IMG/VR virus record: IMGVR_UViG_3300021599_001517 | Location: 18,702-82,701 of that record | Strand: one strand, 5' to 3' | Origin: a virus | Lineage: Duplodnaviria; Heunggongvirae; Uroviricota; Caudoviricetes | Length of the DNA stretch: 64,000 nt | In this document: in pieces, positions 37,162-46,382 of the stretch | Numbering within the stretch: position 1 is the first letter of the stretch | Layout of the letters: each line of letters opens with the position of its first letter | Program-made: the position numbers and the translations under genes | Notes under the pieces: model-generated | What the model was told of the DNA's origin: nothing | The model's database searches: none | Seen by the model: the letters and a program-made list of their open reading frames with translations, nothing else

Positions 37162-37383
37162 ATGTTAGTAGTATATCTCGATGATTCAAAAATAGTCTAC
37201 GATAGATCCTTAGAATATTTTCAAACAGCGGCAGATTGGGCCAAAGCTCAATGTCAAAGTTTTGTTGACTATCATGTTCAAGATGTTTCAGATGTATCAA
37301 TGATGTTCGATCACGTGGCAGAATATCGATTTAAAGATTCTAAAGATGTTTTAATGTTTCAATTAAAATGGAAAACCAATTGA
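37162..37383 (+). CDS. 'LKW'-family small protein (...AADWAKAQCQSF...KDSKDVLMFQLKWKTN)
   Basis: Family motif. Confidence 0.5.
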   Translation: MLVVYLDDSKIVYDRSLEYFQTAADWAKAQCQSFVDYHVQDVSDVSMMFDHVAEYRFKDSKDVLMFQLKWKTN

Positions 37384-37439
37384 CTTTTGAAGTTAATGAG
37401 TATATAATTAACTTGTTTAATAATATATAGGTAACTTAA

Positions 37440-37850
37440 ATGAAAATTGGTTTTAGTTTTGGACGCTGTATTCGTGACATCGTTAACGGTGATGTTGAAC
37501 TCGAAGATGTTGCATTTATTATTGCAGCAACTTGTATGCATGACGAGAAGCATGTACGTAATGTTATTCTTAACTATCTAACAGAACCTAGTTATCTCCT
37601 TGGCTACAATGAAAAAGATTGCATGGAAGTAGGTCTTGCACTTTGGAATCAAAACAAAGTTCTACAACCTCGCAAACAGGGAATACCAAGACATGCCCAA
37701 CCAGAAAATGCAGTTTGGGTTGATATCTTTCCTACATCTCATTCCGACAGCGAAGCAGTAAAAACTGCTTGGGATCAATATCGCTTTATGTTACATATGG
37801 TTGAAAATGTAGACACTGAAGCTATCGATGTTTTTAAAGAACCTTATTAA
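37440..37850 (+). CDS. Hypothetical protein
   Basis: ORF only. Confidence 0.4.
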   Translation: MKIGFSFGRCIRDIVNGDVELEDVAFIIAATCMHDEKHVRNVILNYLTEPSYLLGYNEKDCMEVGLALWNQNKVLQPRKQGIPRHAQPENAVWVDIFPTSHSDSEAVKTAWDQYRFMLHMVENVDTEAIDVFKEPY

Positions 37851-37852
37851 CA

Positions 37853-38125
37853 ATGTTTAGATTATTTTTTAATATCAGCAATCCCTGGAGCGATCGTTGG
37901 GAGAACATCAAACAGTGGTCTGGAACTACTCCTTTTAAACACAAGTTTTGGGAAGCGCAGATTGATAAAACTCATGATGTTATAGGTGTTGATATACAAT
38001 ACAGTGTTCGACAAGATCATGCAGGAATATTCCTGTGCCTGGCATTTTTGGGCTATGAAGTAATTTTTAATTTTTACGATAGCAGGCACTGGGATCATGA
38101 AACCAATAATTGGGCAAAAGATTAA
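37853..38125 (+). CDS. Hypothetical protein
   Basis: ORF only. Confidence 0.35.
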   Translation: MFRLFFNISNPWSDRWENIKQWSGTTPFKHKFWEAQIDKTHDVIGVDIQYSVRQDHAGIFLCLAFLGYEVIFNFYDSRHWDHETNNWAKD

Positions 38126-38196
38126 GTGCGCAGTTAATTAAATATGTATGAAATCTAAACTCTAGATAAGTACATAGTTAATCAAATGGAGCATTT

Positions 38197-38754
38197 GTGA
38201 AAAAAATCGAGGACTTCAATGCCGAAGATCGTATTGATATCGAACTACTCGGAAACAGTATACATTTCTTAGTGGGAGAAATAAATGAGGACACGATCAA
38301 AAGTGCTATAAAATGGATTGTTTACGAAAACCTAGAGTCAAAGGAAAAAACATTAACTTTATACGTTAATTCAACAGGCGGTGATCTTTATCAAGCATTT
38401 GCCTTAATTGATGTAATGCGTAGCAGTAATCACACAATTAGAACTGTTGGTATCGGTGCTGTAATGAGTGCAGCATTTTTAATTTTTGCCAGCGGTGATC
38501 AAGGTGAAAGATACGCAGCTCGTAATACTAGTTTTATGTGTCATCAGTTTTCAGAAAGTATGGATAACAAATATCATGACCTTAAAGCTACTATGCGAGA
38601 AAATGATTTATGTAATGAAAAAATGGTACAAATATTAAAAGACGCTACAGGACTTGCTCCTAGCGTAGTCAAAAAGAAATTACTGCCCGCCAGTGATGTT
38701 TATCTATCATCCCAGGAAGTCATAGATCTCAACGTTGCAGATCATCTGTTATAA
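38197..38754 (+). CDS. clpP: ClpP-family serine protease (S14)
   Basis: Collinear with E. coli ClpP: LYVNSTGG (LYINSPGG), [14 protein letters not shown] (catalytic Ser block), MCHQF (His) and [16 protein letters not shown] (Asp). Confidence 0.7.
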   Translation: MKKIEDFNAEDRIDIELLGNSIHFLVGEINEDTIKSAIKWIVYENLESKEKTLTLYVNSTGGDLYQAFALIDVMRSSNHTIRTVGIGAVMSAAFLIFASGDQGERYAARNTSFMCHQFSESMDNKYHDLKATMRENDLCNEKMVQILKDATGLAPSVVKKKLLPASDVYLSSQEVIDLNVADHLL

Positions 38755-38756
38755 AT

Positions 38757-38975
38757 ATGTCTAAAGAAGATATTATTAAGTTCGACGGAACTATTGTAGA
38801 AGTTCTGCCCAACACAACTTATCGTGTAAAATTAGCAGATACCCAAACAGTAGTATATGCTTATTCTAGCGGTAAAATTAGGAAGAACAACATTAAAATT
38901 CTGTTAGGTGATACAGTAACTTTGGAGTTTAGCCCCTATGACCTTTCCAAAGGAAGGATTGTTTACCGAAAATAA
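38757..38975 (+). CDS. infA: Translation initiation factor IF-1
   Basis: [72 protein letters not shown] is nearly identical in pattern to bacterial IF-1 (S1-like OB fold). Confidence 0.9.
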   Translation: MSKEDIIKFDGTIVEVLPNTTYRVKLADTQTVVYAYSSGKIRKNNIKILLGDTVTLEFSPYDLSKGRIVYRK

Positions 38976-39606
38976 AATAATTGATCCGAATAGGGTAATA
39001 GTATATCTCACGGATAGACTGTTAACTACTGAAAAAATAAGTTCTGAGGAACTGATCAAAATCCTCAAAAAAATGTTACCTTCTAAAACTAAAATTAAGG
39101 TAACTTATCAAAGATCAAAAATTACCAAAGACTGTTTTGGAATAAATGGTTTTTTTGATTCTGATTATGTTAGAGATATAGAGTTACAGATCTGCTGCTC
39201 TAGCTTTAAAAAGAAATTCCCCATTACAGAAGATCTAAAGCAACAGTTAATTTACGATGTTGCTGATACGCTCTGTCACGAAACTATACACAGACGTCAA
39301 TTTTATCTTCGAGGAGATTGTGCAAGCATTGACGAAACTGGGGATCGTCAAAGAGATTATTATCTAGATCCAGATGAAATGTTTGCTTATTCAGTAAACA
39401 TAGCACATAATCTTCACCGTAAATATGGAGTTGATGCACTAAAACATCTTTGCGATATAAACAGCGCAGTTAAAGATGACTGTTATCTAGCGGATTATTA
39501 TTACTGGTTTTATAACGATTATCCGTTTAAACGCTTATTAAAAATGATAGCACAAAATTTAGAAGCTATAAATCAGGGTGAAGTTTGCCATCGCTCTTTA
39601 ATTTGA
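38938..39606 (+). CDS. Hypothetical protein with an HExxH motif ([10 protein letters not shown]); possible zinc metallopeptidase. The start overlaps infA and is uncertain.
   Basis: ORF plus motif only. Confidence 0.3.
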   Translation: MTFPKEGLFTENKIIDPNRVIVYLTDRLLTTEKISSEELIKILKKMLPSKTKIKVTYQRSKITKDCFGINGFFDSDYVRDIELQICCSSFKKKFPITEDLKQQLIYDVADTLCHETIHRRQFYLRGDCASIDETGDRQRDYYLDPDEMFAYSVNIAHNLHRKYGVDALKHLCDINSAVKDDCYLADYYYWFYNDYPFKRLLKMIAQNLEAINQGEVCHRSLI

Positions 39607-39643
39607 ATTGCGATAAATATTACATCAAAACGGATTTTTAAAT

Positions 39644-40573
39644 ATGCAACCAGTACAAATAGCTATGTCGGGAGTTACTCCCGGAACTTATGGAAACAAC
39701 ACCCAGATTCCTTCTTTCACAGTTGATGCTAGAGGTAGACTAGTATGGGCTGCAAATGTTGATATTCAATCAACATTTAAATTTAAGGTTAATGATGACG
39801 ATAGAATTGAAACCGTTAATTTAAGTAATGATTCATTCAATTTTAGAAGTGGACATGGAATCAATATAACACCGGCACCAGACGGAATTAATATTGATTT
39901 TGATAGATCAATAATTCCCGATACTAGTGACTTTGTTAGAAAATCAGAAACATCTCATCAATTTTTAGGATCTATAAGATCTCCGTTAATTTATTCTCAA
40001 GAAGGAATATTTGATTCAGTTACTACAAAAGAAATATTAATAGATGGTGTATATACTAGATTTCAAACAAAAGGGTTCCATGTAGATTTTACAGACTTTG
40101 ATGTTCTTGATTCTAAAGTTTTTCAAATCGATGGAATTTCAAAAAATACTAATACTGAAACAGCAAATTTTAATGTTGATATTACATCTTCTTGGTTAAA
40201 ATTCACCAGTCAAATTGAACTTCCTAATTCTGCTTTAAGTTTTCCAGATGGCCATGCTTTGGGAATTATTTCTTTTCAAGATGGCGGAATTGAAATGGGA
40301 TATGGTGCAGGATTAATTGCTATCAAAAATTTTAATAATGATGGATCTTCACCGACAGGAATTTGCGTTATTACTTCAAATGGGAAAGATGATATTTTTG
40401 AAAATCCAACAAAGTTTAACTTTGGTGGCGACGGAGTATTTGAAGCACCAATTTTAAAAACAAAAAGCTATACAAGTTTGCCAGATAATCCCAAAGAAGG
40501 TTGGATAGTATTTGATGGCAACAACAAACAATTTAAAGGGTGGAACGGAACTAGTTGGATAACTTTAGGATAA
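39644..40573 (+). CDS. Hypothetical protein (possibly a virion fibre/receptor-binding protein); last gene of the + strand block
   Basis: ORF. Asn/Gly/Thr-rich beta-type sequence. Confidence 0.35.
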   Translation: MQPVQIAMSGVTPGTYGNNTQIPSFTVDARGRLVWAANVDIQSTFKFKVNDDDRIETVNLSNDSFNFRSGHGINITPAPDGINIDFDRSIIPDTSDFVRKSETSHQFLGSIRSPLIYSQEGIFDSVTTKEILIDGVYTRFQTKGFHVDFTDFDVLDSKVFQIDGISKNTNTETANFNVDITSSWLKFTSQIELPNSALSFPDGHALGIISFQDGGIEMGYGAGLIAIKNFNNDGSSPTGICVITSNGKDDIFENPTKFNFGGDGVFEAPILKTKSYTSLPDNPKEGWIVFDGNNKQFKGWNGTSWITLG

Positions 40574-42107
40574 GAGGTTTAAAATAATCTCTTATTATTG
40601 TTTCTTTAAACATTTCTGTAAAATTAATAGACTTAATTAAATTTTGATATTCTTTATCTGTTAAATCTAAATTTTTTTCTCTATTGCTTAGTCTACTATC
40701 ATTAAAACTACTAATATAAAAATCTCCTCGATACGGCTTATTCTTCAATGTAGAATTTAATTCTTGCGAAAGTAATTCGGCCTGTTCGTAGCTGTTTATA
40801 TCAGTATCATCATCTTTTCTCCAACTAAAGAAATTTATATCGGGATTAGGAAAATAATAACCATACTTTGAATAATTGCGATCAATTTCACTCATATACA
40901 TGTATTTCATAATATTGTGATTACCAATAATACTTAAAGGAAATGTGTTAGCTAAATCTATTGGGCAATCTTTTCTTTTAAAAAATTCAACAGCCTTATA
41001 AATTGTATCTGTACTTTCGTAAGGTAAACCTATAATAATCCCCGAAGCAATGTAACTTCGATCTCCCCAAATTTCTTTACACTGATAGATAGTATCTATT
41101 AATCTTTCACTAGCCATCCCCTTACCAATAAACTTTGCAGTTTTTGGATTAAATGTTTCTAGACCAAAGTAAGTTTCTGCTATACCGGCATCTTTTAGTA
41201 ATTGTATTTGCTCTGGGTGTGCCGCTAATAAATCTGCTCTTAGATAACACCAAAATTTTAATTCAAAAGGCAAACTCTGACTAACATCTGCAAACATCTG
41301 CATCTTTTCTGTACTATCATTAAACGTATCATCAACAATAAAATATTTTGTTGTTCCCCATTGTTCATAATTTTCTAAGAGTTCTCTACGTATAACATCA
41401 GCTTGTTTAAGATAGTTGACTGTTTTCTGTCCTATCAAAGGATACGAGCAATAGGCACATTTAAATTTACAACCTCTGCTGACTTCTAAATTTAAAGTTT
41501 CTTGAGGTTGTATTAAATCCCAGGACGTATATGAAGTAGTACTTAATTTAAAATCCCATGTTGGATTGTGCGCCTTACGATCATGATCTATAATTCTATT
41601 AAATATCCTTTTTGTTTTTCCCGACAGAGAATCTAACAAATCAATAGTTTCAGTTTCTCCTAATCCGACTATAACATAATCTGTAGGAGCATTAAGATAA
41701 AAATCAATCCTTGCACCACCCAACATTGTTTTTGTTTTTAAATTACATTGTTTGACATAATCGATCCAGGGTTTATAATTATCTCGAGCAAACTCAGTAA
41801 CTAAACTTGGAATCTCAAATCGTTCTTTATCTGTTCCTGTTCCTTCTCCCGGATTACTGGTTCTAACACCAATATCAGGAAACTTAAAAGGCATCCATGT
41901 TGTACTATAGCCAACTAGTAATGTGTTTGGTCCAATTGCTTTATCTAATATTTCAGTGTATATTTCCCAAGTAACAAGAGAGCTAAAATTAATTACTAAA
42001 CAGCTATAACCATAATTGCGTATATGACTGGCTAATCTGTGTACACCATAACCTCTAGATTTAATATTAAATTCTACAGTGTCAGTAAAAAGAATAACAT
42101 CAAACAT
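40551..42107 (-). CDS. B12-binding-domain radical SAM enzyme (class B rSAM), paralog 1
   Basis: N-terminal Rossmann-like B12-binding region (MFDVILFTD...GYGVHRLASHIRNYGYSCLVINF) plus EVSRGCKFKCAYCSYP (CxxxCxxC). Confidence 0.7.
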   Translation of the reverse strand: MFDVILFTDTVEFNIKSRGYGVHRLASHIRNYGYSCLVINFSSLVTWEIYTEILDKAIGPNTLLVGYSTTWMPFKFPDIGVRTSNPGEGTGTDKERFEIPSLVTEFARDNYKPWIDYVKQCNLKTKTMLGGARIDFYLNAPTDYVIVGLGETETIDLLDSLSGKTKRIFNRIIDHDRKAHNPTWDFKLSTTSYTSWDLIQPQETLNLEVSRGCKFKCAYCSYPLIGQKTVNYLKQADVIRRELLENYEQWGTTKYFIVDDTFNDSTEKMQMFADVSQSLPFELKFWCYLRADLLAAHPEQIQLLKDAGIAETYFGLETFNPKTAKFIGKGMASERLIDTIYQCKEIWGDRSYIASGIIIGLPYESTDTIYKAVEFFKRKDCPIDLANTFPLSIIGNHNIMKYMYMSEIDRNYSKYGYYFPNPDINFFSWRKDDDTDINSYEQAELLSQELNSTLKNKPYRGDFYISSFNDSRLSNREKNLDLTDKEYQNLIKSINFTEMFKETIIRDYFKPLILKLSN

Positions 42108-43710
42108 TTTTATTTTTAAGATAGTTTAACAACGGTTGAAAATATTCTTTATTGGTATGATCATAAAACAGTTGATTAAAGTCTATAGAATTTATTAAAT
42201 TATTATATTCTATCTTTGGCATATCGATAGTAAACTCTCTATTTCCAAGTATTGGATGATTGAAAGAACTAACATAAAAATCTCCCTGACGTATTCTTTG
42301 ATATGATGCTAATTCTTTAGTGGTAATGTCGGCTATTTCTTGTGCTTGATAAAAATTTTTAATATCGGTATCATCTTTCTCCCAATATAACATTCCGTCT
42401 ACTCCGTCCTTAGGAAATTGATATCCAAACTTTTCGTAGTTTTCGTCAAACCAACTAGTAGGGAACCATTTATTTCTATCGGTTTTTTTAATTATATTGA
42501 GAGGATATACTGTCGAAATATCTAGCGGACAATCTCTACGCTTTAACCAATCAACGGTTTCTCTCCAACTAGCCTGGGTTTCGTGAGGAAGGCCAATCAT
42601 AAAACCCCCTTCTAACCATACTCGATCACCCCACACTTCTTTTGCTCTATATAAAGTATCCTTACGGCGACTTGATGGCATTCCCTTACCAATAGTTTTT
42701 GAGCTCTTGTCATTAAAAGTTTCAAGACCAAAAAATGTTTCTGCTATGCCTATTTCTTTTAACAGTTCCATCTGTTCGGGATGTGCGGCTAATAGATCAA
42801 CTCGGGTATAACACCAAAATTTAATTTTAAAAGGCAAGTCGCTCATTACCTTGGCCAACATTTCTAATTTTTCAGTGCTGTCATTAAATGTATCATCCAC
42901 AATAAAATACTTAGTAGTACCCCAAAGTTCGTAATTTTTTAACAACTCGTCACGAATAATAGTTGGATATTTTAAATAATCATTGACATTTTTTTGACCA
43001 ATAAGAGGAAAGTTGCAGAACGAACATTTAAATCTACATCCGCGACCTACTTCTAAGTTAAGAGTTTCTTGAGGTTGTATAAAATCATATTCTGTGTATT
43101 GTGTGCTACTTTCTCTAAAATCCCATGTAGGAGCATGAGCTTTTCTATCGTGATCGATATATTTTCCAAATATGCGTTTTGTTTTTCCCGATAGTCGATC
43201 TAATAAATCAATAGTTTCAGTTTCGGCAATTCCAAAAATAACATGATCTATATTTTTTAGATCCATATAAAAATCTGCTTTTGCACCACCTAATACAATT
43301 TTTAATTTTGAATTAATTGTTTTAGGATATAACAACCATTCTTCAACTTCATTCTTTCCAAATTTAACCACTAAATTATCTTTTCTCCAATCGTGCATCT
43401 CTGACTTTAAATGACTTAATTCATGTTGTTCCCCAATATGGTGTCCGGGAATCTGATTGGTAAATTCTCCTGGTTTTTCCGGCCATCTATAAGGTAACCA
43501 AGTTGTACTAAAACCAACCATAAGAGTTTCTGGTCCCACTGAATTATCAATAATTTCTTTATATCTATCAAATGTTAGTGCCGAACTAAAATCAATGACA
43601 AGACAAGAGTAACCATTTGTTCTAATTTGACTAGCAATTCTATGCACACCATAACCTCTAATTTTATGATGAGGATAGGGAGCATCGGTAAATAGTATGA
43701 CATTAAACAT
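42100..43710 (-). CDS. B12-binding-domain radical SAM enzyme, paralog 2 (tandem duplicate of 40551-42107)
   Basis: MFNVILFTD...GYGVHRIASQIRTNGYSCLVIDF plus EVGRGCRFKCSFCNFP. Shares ETIDLLD.LSGKTKRIF with paralog 1. Confidence 0.7.
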   Translation of the reverse strand: MFNVILFTDAPYPHHKIRGYGVHRIASQIRTNGYSCLVIDFSSALTFDRYKEIIDNSVGPETLMVGFSTTWLPYRWPEKPGEFTNQIPGHHIGEQHELSHLKSEMHDWRKDNLVVKFGKNEVEEWLLYPKTINSKLKIVLGGAKADFYMDLKNIDHVIFGIAETETIDLLDRLSGKTKRIFGKYIDHDRKAHAPTWDFRESSTQYTEYDFIQPQETLNLEVGRGCRFKCSFCNFPLIGQKNVNDYLKYPTIIRDELLKNYELWGTTKYFIVDDTFNDSTEKLEMLAKVMSDLPFKIKFWCYTRVDLLAAHPEQMELLKEIGIAETFFGLETFNDKSSKTIGKGMPSSRRKDTLYRAKEVWGDRVWLEGGFMIGLPHETQASWRETVDWLKRRDCPLDISTVYPLNIIKKTDRNKWFPTSWFDENYEKFGYQFPKDGVDGMLYWEKDDTDIKNFYQAQEIADITTKELASYQRIRQGDFYVSSFNHPILGNREFTIDMPKIEYNNLINSIDFNQLFYDHTNKEYFQPLLNYLKNKNV

Positions 43711-43733
43711 CTAGTTATTTAAGTGAGATATCT

Positions 43734-44420
43734 ATGGTAAAAAAATTTAATTCAGTTCTAGCATTTGGAGATAGTCATGTTGCTGGATGTGAATTATCAA
43801 ATCAATATACTTTTGAAGATTATACCAGAGGTAAAATAACAATAGAACAAGCAGATGATTCTGGAAAAAAATTAGCCTTTCCTCAAGTGGTTGCTGATAA
43901 ATTAAATATTCCTTGTTATAATTATGCAATGACTGGCGGAAGTAATGCTCGTAGTCTAAGATTATTAGTCAACGCATTACAAGAACATCCAAATAGTTTA
44001 GTATTGTTTGGGTATACATGTACAGATAGAACAGAATTTTACTATCCAGACGTTGGCAATTTCTTAGGTAGAGATAAAGATAAATTCATACAAGTTGGTA
44101 TGCAATGGAAAGGTAAGGTTGATGGAACCATGATTCATCCAATTAACGATCTGTTTGTTAATGAAATGCTTCGTCCTTATAATAATTTAAATGAATTAAT
44201 GTTTATAGTAGATAATTTATGTACAGGATGGGCTACTGATTTTTTACATTTACCGTTGTTTCCAGAAATTATACCAAAGGTAGATAATGTTTTTAATTTT
44301 GAAAGTTGTGAGAATTATGTAAATTGGTGTGAATTCAAAATGTATAAAAAATTACCATTTTATCATTACGATCAAGAAGCACATAATAATTTGGCTAGAT
44401 TAATTCTTGAGGAGTTATAA
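43734..44420 (+). CDS. SGNH/GDSL-like hydrolase (putative)
   Basis: N-terminal AFGDSHVAG (block I), ...TGGSNA..., C-terminal ...DQEAHN. Confidence 0.4.
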   Translation: MVKKFNSVLAFGDSHVAGCELSNQYTFEDYTRGKITIEQADDSGKKLAFPQVVADKLNIPCYNYAMTGGSNARSLRLLVNALQEHPNSLVLFGYTCTDRTEFYYPDVGNFLGRDKDKFIQVGMQWKGKVDGTMIHPINDLFVNEMLRPYNNLNELMFIVDNLCTGWATDFLHLPLFPEIIPKVDNVFNFESCENYVNWCEFKMYKKLPFYHYDQEAHNNLARLILEEL

Positions 44421-44773
44421 TGTCTTGGGGTTATCATATTATGTTAGATTGTGCCGGTTGTGATTTAAAAAAAATTAAAGATAAAGATCACATATGGGCA
44501 TTTGTATATACATTAATAAAACGTGTTGAAATGGAAGCGCACGGAAAAATGATCATTGAAAATTTATTACCAGGAACAGACAATGAAGGATATAGTGTAT
44601 TACAAATGATTACTACAAGTAATATAAATTGTCATTTTGTAAACAAGACTGCTGATGCTTATATTGATTTGTTTAGCTGTAAAGAATTTAAAGCAGAAAT
44701 AGTTATTGCTACTGTTAAAGAATTTTTTAATCCAACCAGCATCAAATTAAACTTTGTAGAAAGACAGGCTTAG
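44420..44773 (+). CDS. S-adenosylmethionine decarboxylase-like protein (SpeH / class 1b AdoMetDC fold)
   Basis: Aligns with B. subtilis SpeH (GRHVISELWGCD / GYHIMLDCAGCD; ...ESHLTIH.FPE.GYA..DV.TCG / ...TSNINCHF......AYIDLFSCK), but has Thr-Ser where the self-cleaving Glu-Ser lies. Confidence 0.5.
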   Translation: MSWGYHIMLDCAGCDLKKIKDKDHIWAFVYTLIKRVEMEAHGKMIIENLLPGTDNEGYSVLQMITTSNINCHFVNKTADAYIDLFSCKEFKAEIVIATVKEFFNPTSIKLNFVERQA

Positions 44774-45849
44774 GGATCTATCCTCATATCCTCTCTGCTA
44801 CGAAATCTATAACGTTCCGGAACGGTGTCATATAATATCATATTCTTGTTTACAGCCGCGTCACGTAGCATGATTTGATGTAGAAAATTACTAATAGGTT
44901 TATTAGGTACAAAGTCACACCACGGACCACATCGTAGCTCTTCCATATCAATGGTTTTAGGATCGCTCCATTGTATTAATCTATGTGTGATACCGTTAAT
45001 CTTAACCATATAATGATACAGATTATCATCTGCAGGTATCTTTTCCCATGTCCATCCTTTGCTGTCTACATAGTCCTTAATTGCTTTTACATGGTCACTA
45101 AGATAATAACGAGGTTCATCCGGGTTGCGACCAATGTCGCTGCCAGCACGTACACGATACTGTAAGGCATTATTTCCTAGTTTTTGTATTTCTTCTAGTA
45201 CTTCTGGAATGTGATTTAAGTTTTCTAATGTATAACCTACGTAGTAAACAACAATGCCAGCAGCCTTACAATTCTCAATACCTTGTAACTGTTTTTGATG
45301 TACAGTATCACCTTGGTACGAATGATGGTTAAGTCCTACCATCACAGCACGACATCCAGCCTTGGCTATTTCTTCAGTCCACTGCTTATCAGCGAGCTTA
45401 ACACCATTAGTTAAAATTGTAATATCCTGGTGTGTTCTGCCTAGGCGAGTTTGTACATGTCTGATGTTTCTAATTAGTTCAGGTAAGTCTTTACGTAGTG
45501 TAGGTTCAGCACCTGCAAGGATAACGCTACCAGCATCTTCAGGCCAACTTTCAATTTGTTGAAGTATTAATCCTAAGGGTTTGTCTGTTGTTGCATTTTC
45601 TGGTTCATGATAACAGTGCGGGCATTTTAAATTACAGCGATCTGTAACTTCAATCATAATACCACTGGGCACATCGTATCCGTACGGATCAAATTCTAAA
45701 CTCTTATAAAAGTCTGAATCGCGTTCTATCATATATTCACTATAACCGTGCTCCGGACACTCTTTACTCATCCACACGCTACCATCTCGTATAAACTTTT
45801 TAGCAGAAACGTGTCTATAACAATGTTCGCATAAACTTATTGTGTCCAT
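44770..45849 (-). CDS. Radical SAM protein with an N-terminal Cys/His cluster (CEHC...CPEH), then CNLKCPHC
   Basis: CxxxCxxC plus the downstream G-rich SAM motif region. No SPASM-like C-terminal Cys cluster. Confidence 0.65.
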   Translation of the reverse strand: MDTISLCEHCYRHVSAKKFIRDGSVWMSKECPEHGYSEYMIERDSDFYKSLEFDPYGYDVPSGIMIEVTDRCNLKCPHCYHEPENATTDKPLGLILQQIESWPEDAGSVILAGAEPTLRKDLPELIRNIRHVQTRLGRTHQDITILTNGVKLADKQWTEEIAKAGCRAVMVGLNHHSYQGDTVHQKQLQGIENCKAAGIVVYYVGYTLENLNHIPEVLEEIQKLGNNALQYRVRAGSDIGRNPDEPRYYLSDHVKAIKDYVDSKGWTWEKIPADDNLYHYMVKINGITHRLIQWSDPKTIDMEELRCGPWCDFVPNKPISNFLHQIMLRDAAVNKNMILYDTVPERYRFRSREDMRIDP

Positions 45850-46382
45850 CTATCTACCTTTGATAATTGATCTAAAAATATATTTTTATTAAGTTTCCAG
45901 AACGTTTGTTTATGACCTCTATAATTATGATCAAACGCTCTGGTCAGCACTCCTGTAGATTCTAATGTGGGCCCCCATATTGTATGAACTAATCTTTGTG
46001 TGCCAACTTCGCTTTCGTGACTAGTAATATACATATCATGATTGCCTACCCATTCAATACAAGTGGGCATAAAAAACTGTGCAGTAATATGTTGATGATT
46101 TTTAATTTGATTAATTGTTCTTAAAGTTATTTTAGGTAAGTGATTGGTTAATACACATGTTCTAGCACAAATCCTATATCCAAGATCGTCTAAAGTATGT
46201 GCCGCCACAGATCCAACAGGGTGGTCATTATAATATAATATCCAGATGTTCCAACGTACTTCATTTTTAAAACAATCGATCATTGCTGCTTGACTTGAGT
46301 TATTTACGAAACCTCTAGATTTTGCCTCGGCATAAAATTCAGTAAGATCTAAATCTTCCGACCATGGAACTATTTTATACAT
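45837..46382 (-). CDS. Hypothetical protein
   Basis: ORF translationally coupled to its neighbours. Confidence 0.4.
   Translation of the reverse strand: MYKIVPWSEDLDLTEFYAEAKSRGFVNNSSQAAMIDCFKNEVRWNIWILYYNDHPVGSVAAHTLDDLGYRICARTCVLTNHLPKITLRTINQIKNHQHITAQFFMPTCIEWVGNHDMYITSHESEVGTQRLVHTIWGPTLESTGVLTRAFDHNYRGHKQTFWKLNKNIFLDQLSKVDRWTQ

Noticed and set aside
35829-37553. Minus-strand ORFs within the LKW array (35829-36215, 37094-37300, 37359-37553)
   Set aside because: They are antisense to tightly packed, coupled plus-strand genes and have no independent support.
44770-45849. This radical SAM protein as PqqE (partner of the PqqA-like peptide)
   Set aside because: It lacks the C-terminal Cys-rich SPASM domain, and its CxxxCxxC is preceded by an extra Cys/His cluster unlike PqqE. 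No pqqD/B/C is present.
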